DNA from: an uncultured virus (IMG/VR IMGVR_UViG_2049941000_000114)
Taxonomy: Duplodnaviria; Heunggongvirae; Uroviricota; Caudoviricetes
Length of the DNA: 54,051 nucleotides
Strand: one strand, 5' to 3'
IMG/VR virus record: IMGVR_UViG_2049941000_000114
Positions 19,479 to 32,254 of the stretch are shown in pieces. Positions within the stretch are counted from its first letter, which is position 1, and each line of letters opens with the position of its first letter. The notes below the pieces were generated by a model. The model was not told where the DNA came from, ran no database searches, and saw nothing but the letters and a program-made list of their open reading frames with translations. The position numbers and the translations under genes are program-made.

Positions 19479-20231
19479 TTAAAAATTTTTCATCGAAGCA
19501 ATCGCTTTTTCTAATGGCATTTTTTTGTTTATAACTCTTACATACAGTTTGCCGTACGATATGTTTTCAAATTTGCATATTTCAGACAAGCACATCTGCT
19601 TTCCTTTATACAAGTAGCGGTGTGTGTTTCTGCGGTTTTTGGGCTGTTCCGAAAGAGGAACCCACCTACAATTGCTTGGTGAATACCCTTTGTCGTTGTC
19701 TATACGATCTATCGAAAGTCCTTTTTCCCATCCGTTTTTTACAGACCATTCAAAGAAATTGTCAAACCCCTTCTGACCACTCCATTCTTCGCATACCTTA
19801 ATGCCACGCTCACCATAATCGTAAAATGCGATATGTTTAGGATTTTCGCATCTTTCGTGCATACCTCTATATTTTTGGTAAAGTGGGTGTTTGGTTTTAG
19901 TTTCTACACCGTACAAAGAAAGGTTTTCTCTTTTTCTCCGTCCGGCTCTACTCTTTACGCTATCAATTCTTTTCTTGCTTACGTCGGATATTACGCAATT
20001 GCTCGGATTATACCCCATCCCCGTGTCAATTCTGCTAACCGAAAGACCCTGTCGGTACCCATTATCCATGCACCATTTTATAAAATTTTCCCTATTACTG
20101 TGCCAGTCCTCACACATGGTTATGCCTTTAGCACCATAATTACTGTAAATGATACTTCGTGGGTCGTAGCATCTGCGTTTTATGTCTCTATATAATTGAA
20201 TTAATGATTTTCTGTCCGTTTGTTCCTTCAT
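19479..20231 (-). CDS. HNH homing endonuclease with duplicated nuclease module
   Basis: Two YG.(K/R)GI..C..W...RID...GY.PSNC units plus a C-terminal HTH-like segment. Confidence 0.85.
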   Translation of the reverse strand: MKEQTDRKSLIQLYRDIKRRCYDPRSIIYSNYGAKGITMCEDWHSNRENFIKWCMDNGYRQGLSVSRIDTGMGYNPSNCVISDVSKKRIDSVKSRAGRRKRENLSLYGVETKTKHPLYQKYRGMHERCENPKHIAFYDYGERGIKVCEEWSGQKGFDNFFEWSVKNGWEKGLSIDRIDNDKGYSPSNCRWVPLSEQPKNRRNTHRYLYKGKQMCLSEICKFENISYGKLYVRVINKKMPLEKAIASMKNF

Positions 20232-20359
20232 TTCCTATTCCTCAAATGCCCCTCTCACACGTCAGATTTGACCGAGACGGGGCATTAAATGTTTTAATCG
20301 AATATTTTAGTCTTGACCACCTTTACGCGCCTTAAACGACGTTTCTGGGTGGGTGTCCT

Positions 20360-20587
20360 TCATTCACCCCACGCATACGGGTCGTCGCGGCACTCCATAA
20401 CAGCATCCTGTATATCCATACCTTTCTTAACGACTCTGTTATACATGGCGCTGTACTTAAACCCGAAATGCCTACAAAGCTGTCGTAGGTTCATCCATTC
20501 GGTTGTACCTGTGGCGTCAGTAACTTGGTATCTCATTTTCGTCTGGCCTGTCGATTTGTACGTTGAGGGTGTGTTTGCTATTGCCAT
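20360..20587 (-). CDS. Small HTH-like DNA-binding protein
   Basis: MNLRQLCRHFGFKYSAMYNRVVKKGMDIQDAV resembles the C-termini of the HNH proteins. Confidence 0.6.
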   Translation of the reverse strand: MAIANTPSTYKSTGQTKMRYQVTDATGTTEWMNLRQLCRHFGFKYSAMYNRVVKKGMDIQDAVMECRDDPYAWGE

Positions 20588-20650
20588 GTGATCACGTCCT
20601 TTCTTAAAAGTCGAATTACGGATTTTTGCTTAAAATTCTGTTTTAAATCC

Positions 20651-20745
20651 GACTCATCAAATTTGATGAGTCAAAATCCGGCGCCTTGATTTAAAGGCAT
20701 ACCCCCTGTCAATTTATTATACACCCAAAAGGGGTCGGGTGTCAG
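20651..20745 (-). promoter_or_regulatory. Sigma-A-like promoter with a downstream perfect 22-bp palindrome
   Basis: Minus strand CTGACA-18 nt-TATAAT; palindrome GACTCATCAAATTTGATGAGTC at 20651-20672. Confidence 0.55.
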
Positions 20746-20795
20746 ATGCGTACCCCGTTGTTCCATTTATAAACCTAAATAGGGTCTGGGTACGT

Positions 20796-23700
20796 TTACG
20801 GTCGTCCGAAAATATAAATACATAAACTTATAATGCAGATTACTGAAATGTGACTTGATATCCAACAATAGACAAACGGCTTAAAATGATGATAAAACGC
20901 TTTACCGAATATCTCTTTAGTCTCTATAATATCTTTAATCACGTAGCGCCATCCCGCGAGATAAAACACACCGGCAACCGCTATCCACATATACTTAAAC
21001 CAAGTCATTGTTGTTCTCCCTATGTAATCGTTATTACGATTTTAACCCATCTTCAAAACCTTTGGCAAATGCTTTCCATTCAGAGTCAAGCCAAACGTGC
21101 GGCATTGTTGGCGATTTTCTAATCCCGATCAAGACCAGAAATTTGTAAAACGTTCCGTTAAGGTTATGTTTGCGCCACTTATTCCAACGCCGGATATGAT
21201 TAATTATTTTCAAGTTTGCTCCCCCTTATCTGCTTTGATGATTACTGTAAATTCGTTAAGGCTTTCAACGTCGTGACCATTGCACTCTAATTCTCTAAAT
21301 GCTGTTATCTCATTTGTATCAATCAGATTCCCGTGTCCTTTTGGAAGTGGTATGCCGTTTAATATTGCATTTTCACAAATTCCCCCGTCTGTGCCATATT
21401 TTTTAAGGAAATTATATGTTTCTTCGGGTATCTTAATAACCAATTCTACGTCTGCCATGCTTAACCGTCCTTTCTTTATAAATCAATTTCAAACTTTTGC
21501 GCCAAACTCCACAAATCATTAAAATCGAACGAATTATAATCTTCATCATACAAAAGAATTTCTGCGCTTGATGATACCATTGCTTCACCTATTTGAAACA
21601 AATATTTTAAAAGCATTTTTTCTTTATCTGTTAATGATTCTATCTCTGCCATGTTATTCCTCGCTTTCCTTTTTGTACTTGTCAATGATCTCAAGTGCCG
21701 TTCCAAGACCACACGCTCTCTCGCTCCACATATCTGATTTGTTGCGAAATCTTGTATATTCCTGTTCTAGCTCGGCTCGTATCTTGTCAAGTGCGTCCAT
21801 CTGCTTAAGTGCTTTCTTCGCATCTTCCCAAACGTCTTTAGATATGATAACTTCGCCATGTTCTTCGTGATATTTTGTATCATCGTATTTAAGAGCATTA
21901 ATCGCCATATCAATCGCCTGTATCTGGTCGGGTGTAGCAAAGTCTTTTCGGTATTCAATCTGTAAGATTGCCTGTTCTCTTGTCATATATCCTCACTTTC
22001 CGTTTTGATCAAAAATGTAAAGAATTTATTATAATTCTTCTCCATATATTTCTGAAACTTATTATAGCATTCACCGCATAAATATCTTGTTGTATCGTGT
22101 TCCCAAAAAGTAATATGCTTACAGGTAACTGTATGTCGGTCACCATATTCTATAATTCTCCCACATTTATTGCACTTATCAATAATCATGTGTCCTCACC
22201 TTCTTTCTCAATCCTAACGACATCGGCAACTATCTTAAGCATTTCTGATATCGGATGATTTTCCAAAAAGTACTTCAATTCATCATACAGATTATTCATC
22301 TCGTTGTTATAACTACTATCTCCATACATACTCATTTCTTATTCCTCACTTAACATACGCTTCAAATAATTTATTCAATTTTGTTGCTTCTAATATGGCA
22401 TTTTTCAGCATAGCGTTTTCTCTTCGCTTTTTTGCCGTACATGGTTTAGAACAGTAATTCTGTCTGCGACATTCCTCACAATTTCCATTTGAAAGCCATT
22501 GCTCATCATGCTTGATACTCATGTTTCTACCCCCACTCTGAATCAATCATTTCTTTTGCTTTTTCAAAACCCATTGTTGTAAAAAACGAGTAATAAATTA
22601 ACCGAAAAACATCAATAATTTGTAGGATTACTCCTAATGCTACTATGATTGCTAAAATCATTTTTTATCCTCTCTTTCACGCTTGGGTAGGACAGGTTTT
22701 AACTCTGCTATACGCATCTTGGCTTCTGCGAATGTTTCGTTATACAATTCCGTTTCTGTCACACAATGTATGGCTTCCTGTCTGCTTATCGCATCGTCAA
22801 GAGATTTCACATTGTTATAAGCACGTACTATTTCATTCACTTTGGTATGACAATCTTGACATGGGGGATAATATATTGGCTCTTGCTCTAATGCTTCGCT
22901 TGCCATTTTTACCGCACCCCATACAGTATTGGCATCATAGGCAAATTCTGTTCTTTTTAAATCGCATTGTTTATGCAAAAACATTTCTAAAACTTTAATT
23001 GCTTCTTTTCTTGTCATTCTTCACCCCCTACCTCTGACTCCTTTGGTACATACTTGAGCCGGTCACAGTTTACATTTTCGATTGCGTTCTTCGGAGAATC
23101 AGCTTCAACAAAAAAGAATCCATGATACCAAAGATCAAATACCAGATATAATCGTTCTTCTGCGTAATACGTTATATATCTGCCGTTCTTGCCGTATGGT
23201 TGCTCACACAACAAGTGCGGTATCTTTTCGTACAACTCCCATATTGCTTTGTCTACTCTTAATGCACCTTTACTCATGCTTATTCGCCCCCACTTTCTTT
23301 AAAAGAATCTTCTTAATCCATCGTGGCAACATACATATCAACATTGATTTTGGATACTCATTGCTATACTCTGCCATGTAACAACCGCAATCGTTGCACT
23401 CACACTCGTAACCTCTTTCTTCCCATGACAACGGACAACATTCGCAATCGGGTTCATACCAACAATGCAATTCTGTCCAACGTTTACTCCCGCCGCTTCT
23501 ATCAAATCTGCCATAATTGAATGTTTCTATGTGAATATTGCCGATTGTTTTGTCTATTTCAATGCGCTTTTTAAATTTCAATACCCTCATTCTTTTACCT
23601 CAACAATACTTATTTCTCGGCACATCGCCATGTTTGCACCGTGTCTTTTTGTGTCTTTCTCTGCTGATTTGTAGGTTTTATATCTTTTTGCGTCTACAAA

Positions 23701-26130
23701 CATTCCCGTGAATGGCACAAAAGATTCGTCTTGAACTATATAGTTTCTACCTTTCGCTATGTAATCGTTATCAACTCTCACTACGTATGGCATATCTTCA
23801 CCTCATTTTCTTAATGCTTGCATATTCTTTTTAAGGACGTAATTTTCATATTCGAGTGCTTTACGTCTTGTGTATTCCTCGGTGTATACTTCTTCCGATA
23901 CTGTGTTTTCTTCACGCTTTGGTATGACAGATGGCAAGGCTTTAATCTGTTCACTCATAACTTCCGTATCATATTTTCTGTCCAAATGAAGTCTTGAAAT
24001 TTCTACTATCTGCATCACCGCCGATCTGCTTACGCAATCGTCACAAGGCTCTATCTTCTACCCCAATTCATAGCCTAACTCGCGTAACTGTTCTATCGCC
24101 GTGTCACGCTCCCACATGACTTGTTCAAACACTCCACGGCTTACAGTATCATTACATGGTTCTTGCTCTAAAGCCTTGATTGCCATATCAAGTGCCATGC
24201 ACACTTCTTTTGAAACCTCTACTCCTTCACTCGCTCTGATTTTATCGATGTATTTTTTACAAATTTCTAAACATCTTATTGCTTTTTCTCTTGTTATGCT
24301 TTCTTCCTCATTAACATTTATTGTTCTTCGTTCTCTTAAATCTTCAAGTAAACCTTCGTATATTTCGTCATTAATTTCTTCAATCGTTGTTTTCATTTAT
24401 CCTCGCTTTCTTGTGGCTCAACCATCTTTGCGCCACAATGACAATATGGAAACTCTGACAACCCTACATCCGTTGTTAAAATTCTCCGACCACATAACGA
24501 ACACTCATGGCTATATGTTTGTGCTGTCTCTATAAGTGGCATTTTTATCCAATGTCCTGTCTTTGGCTTATACTCGGCTTTGGCTTTCTCATAACCTTTG
24601 TCAAAACCCTCGTTATATACAAGGCTTAAGGAACATGACTCTTTTATTTTTTCTTCTGACATTCTTACGATCGTAGCACTTTTAAGGGCTTTCCATATTT
24701 CAGACAAAAGCGTTTTGCCAGTTCGCATACCACTTATAAAAACGTCCTGTTCTGCAAAGGCTTTATATAGTTCTTCGTCCATTTCGACGATCATTCTGAC
24801 TTTCTTCATAATCTACCTCTCTACTTATATTCCCAATCTAACCCGTCTGATCTTGGATGAACCGACTTATGATTTTCTTCAAAACTCATAATGTAATTTG
24901 CCGGACACGTAACATAAGGCGATTGATTTTCAAACGTTATGCTTGTGGTTCCCATGCTTACACAAGTCCAACCGCTATCATTTCTGTACTTTGCGACAAT
25001 ATCCGCTTCTTTAACGGGGTCGAGAATAACTCTCGATATGTGTTGTATTTGCAAAATGATTACCTCCCTCTACTCCTTATGTCGCACTTACATAGATTGC
25101 GATTATTTTTTCCCACGGTATTTGTTTAGCCTTTTCTTCGAGTTCTTCATCGCTCCAATCGTCAGCTTCGAAACAGCCATAATAATTACAGCAATCTTCG
25201 TAATCGTCACCCTCAAATTCGATATAAGCGTTGTCGTAATTTACCGCCACGGTTACAATCTCTGGCTCATACAGATACCCAACCATATAACTGTAATCAT
25301 CATCTATACCGTCCGTATCAATCATGGCATGGACTTTCAAGTCGGGATTTTCAGTCATAAGTTTGGTTAACTTTTCTGCGTATTCCTTGTTATTCTGTAT
25401 GCTTTTCATTTAATCACCTCTCAAACTTTGCGTTCCACCATTCTTCACGATATAACGAAGTGTGATTTCTTACATGAAATTCTATTCCGTTATCACCTGT
25501 CATTGTTTTATACGGCTTTACTTCATTCTTGGGATGTAAAGCCTTTTGCACATCGCCGTTCGTTGCGTCTATCGGAATGATGACTATTCGCTCTAAATCT
25601 TGTTCGCTTAACCATCCTTTTCGGACAAGGTTTTTAAGTCTGTGTCTTAAACTTTGTGGCATGATCATTACTCCTTTTTATTTTCTGCGTCCTCTTTCAA
25701 GGCATCCAAAGCTACGTCGGTCAAAAAATTGTATAACGTTCCAAAAACAAACCCGAATGAAACTTTGTGCTTTTCAGAAACAGCAATAATCATTTCACCA
25801 AGCGTTTTACGTAACTCGTTCATATCTTTTTCAAGTTCTTTAACTTCTTTTTCGGATTTCATCTTCGTTCATTCTCCTTTTCATATCGTCAATTAACCAT
25901 GTAAATTCGTTAATTACCTTTTCGCGTTCTTCCCGCCGGATTTCTTTAACTACGTTCGGAAATTCTTCTTCGACAGTTTCTTTATCCCAAAAGAACGTAT
26001 CGTCTCTCGGCGGGTGCAACATACCTTTAGCGTTAAGGTCGGTTAATATCTGTTGGATTTCCGTAATGTAATGCCACGGCCTTTGTTTATATATGCCTTT
26101 CGCCAATCTTTCTATCTTTCTTTTCGTCAT
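20796..26130 (-). other. Tightly packed cluster of about 20 small hypothetical genes (nin-like accessory region, part 1)
   Basis: Abutting 45-140 aa minus-strand ORFs with recurring MTRE.AI, ALEQEPC, KTGHWI/zinc-finger and ESED(K) modules. Confidence 0.75.
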
Positions 26131-26131
26131 G

Positions 26132-26659
26132 CTATTCCTCTTTTATTTCTTCGTTTAAGATTTTTGCGTATCGTTTCTTGTATTCCTTTGGCGGCAATTT
26201 GCGTTCGCTTGTGAACATTGTCATTTGTTCAAATTGGTGTCGTTCTACTTCTCTTTGGCCACCCCACGCAAAACCACCGCATTTTTCTTCTTCGCATACC
26301 CAACCGCTTGCTTTTAATGATGTGCCTAATTCAGATTCAAGTATGTAGGTTATGATCTTTTGATAACCCATTTCTTTACCAATTCGGGCGCATCGTGCAT
26401 ATAATATTGAACAAGCGTTGTATGTGCCATCTGTACATAATCTCAAAACTTCAAGGATATTATCGTTATCAATCATTCGACTTTGCGGGTGTCCGACGAT
26501 TGCCACGCCACATAACCTATCGCCATCCCAAACTGATAACGAAAACTTATGACCTTGAACCTTATCGTGATGCCGATGATGGTTTATCACATATTCATTC
26601 GCGTTCTTTAGACTTATAGGTTTAATTGTCAGCGCGTTCTTCGATTCCCTTCGGTTCAT
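26132..26659 (-). CDS. XF1762-like protein
   Basis: HHRHH..VQGHKFS...EVLRLCTDG..NACS.LY...ITYILESE.G.SLKASGW. Confidence 0.75.
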   Translation of the reverse strand: MNRRESKNALTIKPISLKNANEYVINHHRHHDKVQGHKFSLSVWDGDRLCGVAIVGHPQSRMIDNDNILEVLRLCTDGTYNACSILYARCARIGKEMGYQKIITYILESELGTSLKASGWVCEEEKCGGFAWGGQREVERHQFEQMTMFTSERKLPPKEYKKRYAKILNEEIKEE

Positions 26660-27173
26660 AAGCCGATAAATCCCTCCGTTCTTTCTCGTTCACAATCCGT
26701 TTAAGTTCCGGCGTTAAAACGCTTATACCTTTTTCACGCTGTAAAACGCTTTTGTACGCCCTTATAAAATGTGATTGCGTAACGTTCTCGTTGTAGTCCG
26801 TTGACATTCCCCACGCCCTTAAATTCGATGCTGAACCAACAGCCTTTTTAATCGGTTCGGGAAATGCGTCAAATCGTTCCTGTGCGTGATAAGCACTATC
26901 ACGTATCGCGTCACTTACGATCGCCCATGCTTCAAGTTCGGGCATATCGCTTTTCTTCAAGAAGTTTGTTGCAATTTCCCTTAAGTCAGCTATCGTCGGC
27001 GGGTATTTGCCTGTAAGCATATACTGACGAGCCGAATAGTTAAGTATCTTGTATTCAACGTCTTTAAACATTTCGAACCAAACATTAAAGGCGTCAGCAT
27101 CGGGTATAAACGACGGTGAAGTGTATACAGACTTTAAAGCCTTTACTATGATGCCAAATTCTTCGCGCGTCAT
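26622..27173 (-). CDS. Helicase loader/inhibitor (G39P-like)
   Basis: WFEMFKD...KYPPTIADLRE...EAW. Confidence 0.7.
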   Translation of the reverse strand: MTREEFGIIVKALKSVYTSPSFIPDADAFNVWFEMFKDVEYKILNYSARQYMLTGKYPPTIADLREIATNFLKKSDMPELEAWAIVSDAIRDSAYHAQERFDAFPEPIKKAVGSASNLRAWGMSTDYNENVTQSHFIRAYKSVLQREKGISVLTPELKRIVNEKERRDLSAYEPKGIEERADN

Positions 27174-30100
27174 TTATGATCGTCCTCCAGATGATTGTTT
27201 AATATCCATTCTTCGTAACATTTGATAAAGATATCTTTTGTCATTACGGGGATTCGCCTAACATTTTTCGTTCCGTCGTCGTATTGCTCTATTGGTTCAA
27301 TGTAATATGCTGTATCGTCTATGAGTTCAATTTGGGGTTCGTCCGGCGGTACTTTTTTAGGCCAATCCATCTTTTCATATACTCCCATCTTCCTCACCTC
27401 TGTATTGCTCGATTATCCGAAATACGTCGCCACGCCTTATCAATCTGCGACCATCTTCTGTTAATTCAGACGGTAGACTTGTGATCTCTTTGCTTATAGC
27501 GTTAAGCAAGTCTCTGTACGCTTTTTCGTGTTCATCAAGTGGTATGCCGTTTCTAATTGCGGTAAGACAAGCATGAACTAATGTCTTTCCCGATCTGAAA
27601 CCGTATACTATGTTTGTCACCGTTTTAAGGGTTTTATATATATCTTCTGATATTTCAACTACAAGTTTCATAGTTCCGGTTCCTCGCTTTCTGTTCTCGG
27701 TATTCCGATAAGGTCATATAATCGACTCCTTGTAACGCTTAATTGTTTGTCGATATAACCTTTTAATCGTTCTTCACGATTACCGCCGAGCCACTTGGTT
27801 TTAAACTCTGACAAGGTTTTTCGATAATCTTCTTCGCCTATATCGCCACTCTGCCACCATTCAAGATCATGCAAAACTTCGCACAAATCCTTTATTAAAT
27901 CGTTCATTTCATCATCGTACATTTGGTCTGCACATTCTTCTGACAATGAATAACAAATATAGTTATAACTTCCACCACTCATGTTAGTTCTCGCTTTCTG
28001 CCTTATTAGCAATTACCGCAAGGCTTTTGGAAATATCTGCAAGCATTGTAGCGATTACACCAAGTTGAAATGTTACCATTTCCTCATAAGTCCCTGTTGG
28101 CTTGCTTTTCGCTTTTTCAATCATCCCATCAACAACAATTCCATTTTCTTCAAATCTTGTCATTTTTTATCCTCACTTTCCTGTGGCTCAAACATTTTGT
28201 CAAAATCATCTTTCCACATAATCTCGGCAAGAAATTCGTCGTTACCGCAAAGCATTACCTGTAGAACTACAACAGGTTCCATGATTTTTTTAGTTAGCCA
28301 TTCTCCATAAAGATTTTTATATTCTTCTTTCCTTTTGCACATAGTCGGTTCTTTGGCTAATAACTTATCTGCCAAATCTGATTTCATGTGAAATCTCAAA
28401 AAGAACGAGTCCTTATAATTCTTTACCAAAGTGCCACCAACGGCATTTATATGTATTGAATTTTTAAATGACGCCGAATTATCTGTGTAATCAAACATTG
28501 ATTATTCCTCGCTTTCCTGTGGCTCTGCATACTTCTTTTCAATCCGTTCAAGATTATCAGCAAAATCGTTAAGAACTTGCGCAAATTCTCTTGACTCGGC
28601 AATAATAGTTTTTAAGTTTAGTTCTACGCCAATCTCATATTTGGCCATTTATTTATCCTCGCTTTCTGCCTTAATTTCTCGATTTTCTTGAAATTCTTTC
28701 CAACTGTCTATTCCGTTTATTAGTCTTTGTTCTTCTTCATACAACCATTCATCAAGTGTCATTCCTTATCCCTCACTTTCCATCTTTGTACCGCAATTAG
28801 GACAGAACTTGGGTTTTCCACGCATTAACAATTCATAATCACATTCTGAACAATAATCATTACCATATTGACTCTTTTTAACCCAATGCCCTGTCTTTGG
28901 CACTTGTTCAAGTGCTTGAATTGCCATATTAATTGCTACCAAATCTACTCCACCACATCTATATTGTGTATAATTTTTAAGTCTTTCTATTGCTTCTTCT
29001 CTTGTCATTCCGCAGCTCCTTTTTTAAAAACTATCTTCGTCAACGCAAAAAATTATCCTAAAGCACAAAATATCAATACTTATCGTATAAATGCGGTGTC
29101 TGTTACCTACAAGCGTTAGATGCAACGCTAACGGAAACACCCAATGCCATGTGTCCTTGTATATTTTTAGTCGTTTCATTCAAGCACCCCCTTATACGGT
29201 GCGTTCCACCAATCTTTCCAAAAGTCATAACTAATGCCACCTTTTACCCCATTTGATGTAACGCTTGTAGTAGCATGAACAGTAAAAGCCATTTCGGTAA
29301 AATCTATGCTTGGAAATACCGCTTTAATCACATCACCGTTTGTTGCATTTCTGGAAATAAAGATTGTCTCCGTGTCGTCTTTCTCGTTATGTGCTATGAG
29401 CGTAGACACATCGATACGAGTTATAACCCCGTCTTTTGTTAGTATTATTTCTTGGGTGTCCTCGTTGTATGCAAACCAGACGTTTATTTTTTCTGCGGGC
29501 GTCTTTTCAGCCCATGCTTTTACTTTGTCGTTCATTCAACGTACCCCCTCTTTTCAATGGCTTTATCCCACTCGGAACAAGTCTTTAACAAAGTGTCTTG
29601 ATCTTCGCTCAACTTCTCCAAAACGCCCTTGTCGCTTTCTCCCTGTAAACACTTGACGATAATTCGATAGATGCTATTGAACGTTATTTTGTTGCACGTC
29701 TTACAATTCGCATCGTCTGACGACGCGGCACAATCCGTTTCGTACTGTTTGATGTTGGCTATGATCTCGTTAATGACGTTTGAACTGTAAAAAGCAATCT
29801 TGGTTCCGTTTGGCGTAGTAAGCGTTATCTTTGTCGTTGTTAATAATTCGTCTGAATTACTTTCCATTTTCAAAACCTTGTTAGTCATATTTCTTTACCT
29901 CCCAATTAACTCGGCTTGTTAAGTGATAGCCACCACAACGATTACAGTAATAAAAGTCAAGTTCGACTCCACGCTTTTTACGACAATACTTCAACGCGCG
30001 TCTCGCGTCGCTTTCGTTCCTGTACCGGCGTTTACGTTTGCATGATTGCCAATCGCTATGTCTATCCTCTTTCCAATGATTAACTTTGGTCATATTCAGC

Positions 30101-30601
30101 ACTCCTTACGTCAATTCCCGTAACATCGGCAACGTGCTTGATCATATCGTCCATCGAGTTAACATTCTCGTTCCATTCGTTTTGTGTCTCGATAAATAAC
30201 TGTTCTATCGAGTTCGGTTTCCACCCTCGCTTATATAAAGCAAGGGCAAAACACGCGTATACTTCGGGAACGACTTTGTTTATCTCCGTCTCTAACCGTT
30301 TCTGTAGTTTGTATGTCTCTATAAGCTGTTTGTTCATGCTTTTACCTCATGTAAACGGCAATTCTGTCGGTACAAGACGATAATTCTCAACGATCGAGCA
30401 AAACGTTACGTCTGGATTATCAATAAGCATCTGCGCCACTTCCTCTGTTGCGTCGGTTGTAAACGGGTCAAAACGCGTTTCGTCGATTTCTTTTTCTTCA
30501 ATCACGCTCTTTACGCCGTTCTTATCTACGTGTATTCCGCGTAAAACGTAATATTTCTCAACCTCTACTCTTTTCTTTACTACCGCTGATACTGTACTCA
30601 T
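27170..30601 (-). other. Cluster of about 14 small hypothetical genes (accessory region, part 2)
   Basis: Abutting small ORFs including MSGGSYNY-type, zinc-finger (28766-29008) and YYCNRCGGYHLTS (29881-30102) proteins. Confidence 0.75.
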
Positions 30602-30611
30602 GTTTATCCTC

Positions 30612-31439
30612 CTAAAAATGTAGTCCTGTTGGCTCGTTCATAACATAATCGTCAACCTTCGATACTCTGTTTGCTATCGCGTCAATGTAAGCCGAGCCAC
30701 TTGTCGTTTTATTTGTCTTTGATTCACGCTCTTTAACGGCGTCTATAACCCATCTTTGTATAGCGTAATTATGTGACTTTGATTTATAACCCTTGTCGGC
30801 TATATACAGATCAAGAAATGCTATGGCTTTGTTTCGCATTTCTACGCCGTACTTATTGGCTAAATGGTCATATTCTTTGTCTGTCAACATTACAAGGCCA
30901 CATTCGCCAAAATGATGCTTTGGTTCTTCTTCTTTTTGTTTCTTAACTTTTTTAGGCGGTTCGGAAGTCTCTTGTGCGTCACCCGAAGGGTGTATATCTT
31001 CCTCTAAACTAACCTTACCTAAACTAACCTTACCTAACCTAACCTCGGTATCCATTTTGTATCCATCTTGTATACAACTTGTATCCACAAGGTTTTCAGA
31101 TATCGTATAAGCACCGTTTTTCTTTACATCGAGTAACGATCTTTCGTCTTGATAATTGGTTTTATGAAACCTGTCTTTCTGAATGTAATTGTGTATTCGC
31201 CAATGTTTGATAACGATTACGCCGGACTCAAATTCGATAATAAAACTTTTGGCACACAAGATTTTGTAATCGTCGTCATTGGCGCCACACATTCTCTGTA
31301 TGCGTTTAGGATTATTTACAAACCCTTCGTCGTCAGCCCTCATACAAAGATGGAAATAAAGCATCTGCGTACTTGCGGGCATATCCAAAAATGCGTCGCT
31401 ATCAATGATTGCTTTTGAAAACATTCGTCTTTCTGCCAT
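30612..31439 (-). CDS. Replisome organizer / replication initiator
   Basis: MAERRMFSK.IIDSDAFLDMP...LYFHL.MRADDEGF...IKHWRIHN. Confidence 0.9.
   Translation of the reverse strand: MAERRMFSKAIIDSDAFLDMPASTQMLYFHLCMRADDEGFVNNPKRIQRMCGANDDDYKILCAKSFIIEFESGVIVIKHWRIHNYIQKDRFHKTNYQDERSLLDVKKNGAYTISENLVDTSCIQDGYKMDTEVRLGKVSLGKVSLEEDIHPSGDAQETSEPPKKVKKQKEEEPKHHFGECGLVMLTDKEYDHLANKYGVEMRNKAIAFLDLYIADKGYKSKSHNYAIQRWVIDAVKERESKTNKTTSGSAYIDAIANRVSKVDDYVMNEPTGLHF
31047..31090. repeat. Four 11-bp iteron-like repeats inside the initiator gene (probable origin)
   Basis: ggtatccattt, tgtatccatct, tgtatacaact, tgtatccacaa in tandem, next to aaactaaccttacct repeats. Confidence 0.6.
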
Positions 31440-31442
31440 CGG

Positions 31443-31646
31443 CTAATTACCTTCTTTCTTCTCGCCGGTTTTTTCTTTCGGTGTAGGTTTCTTTGGCGGG
31501 TTCAAAACTAACGATAAAAGCGTCATTGATACCGTCTTTGATATAACCTCGTTAGTCAGAGCCTTTGCAGACTGAAAACCTATAAATATGCCGATCAGCG
31601 CGCCTATCATAAGGCCGAGAAATAAAAATATCGTGTTCATGGTCAA
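31443..31646 (-). CDS. Small membrane protein
   Basis: Hydrophobic N-terminus; abuts both neighbours. Confidence 0.6.
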   Translation of the reverse strand: MTMNTIFLFLGLMIGALIGIFIGFQSAKALTNEVISKTVSMTLLSLVLNPPKKPTPKEKTGEKKEGN

Positions 31647-32242
31647 CCCTCCTGTGTAAGTAATTCGATTACGCGTTTTCCCGCTTCATTTGGCGTACAA
31701 AATACAAATTCGACGCCGTATTTTAATTGCATCGTTAACATTGACTTCGCAAGTTGTTCTCCAGAAACAGGGGGTTTGCTCGGTATCGGTACATTAAGCA
31801 TCCTTCCGTTTTCGTGAGCCTTGTTGATCTTGAACCAACGAAGGCGCCTTGTGCTTGTGTATCTGAAAACGTCTTGTATGCTCTTAATGCCCTCTTTGTT
31901 TTCAACGAGGATATAGAGTTTCGCGCCTACCTTTTGGCTCAAAATTACTTCATCCCTAAAGCGGCTGTGACTTGACGAACAAATATTTGACGTGATTTCG
32001 TCAAGATTTTTCTTGGTATCAACGCAAACTTTTATATCCGCAACAAGGTCTTGCTTTTTGAGCCTGTCACCGCGCCTTTTTATGGTTTCTTCGATCTGCG
32101 GGGTCAAGATACAGTAATCACCAAACGGCAACGGAATAGGTAAAACCTCAAAGCCCATAGCGTTAAAGCAATCATGCTTAAATCGATTTGATCTACCATG
32201 TGTACCCGCAAATTGGTTTTTGTCAGCACATATTGTTGTCAT
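31643..32242 (-). CDS. ERCC4-like nuclease (putative resolvase)
   Basis: LPFGDY...VDTKK.L.E...RFRDE...LYILVE...KYGVEFVFC. Confidence 0.75.
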   Translation of the reverse strand: MTTICADKNQFAGTHGRSNRFKHDCFNAMGFEVLPIPLPFGDYCILTPQIEETIKRRGDRLKKQDLVADIKVCVDTKKNLDEITSNICSSSHSRFRDEVILSQKVGAKLYILVENKEGIKSIQDVFRYTSTRRLRWFKINKAHENGRMLNVPIPSKPPVSGEQLAKSMLTMQLKYGVEFVFCTPNEAGKRVIELLTQEG

Positions 32243-32254
32243 GCGTTATACCTC

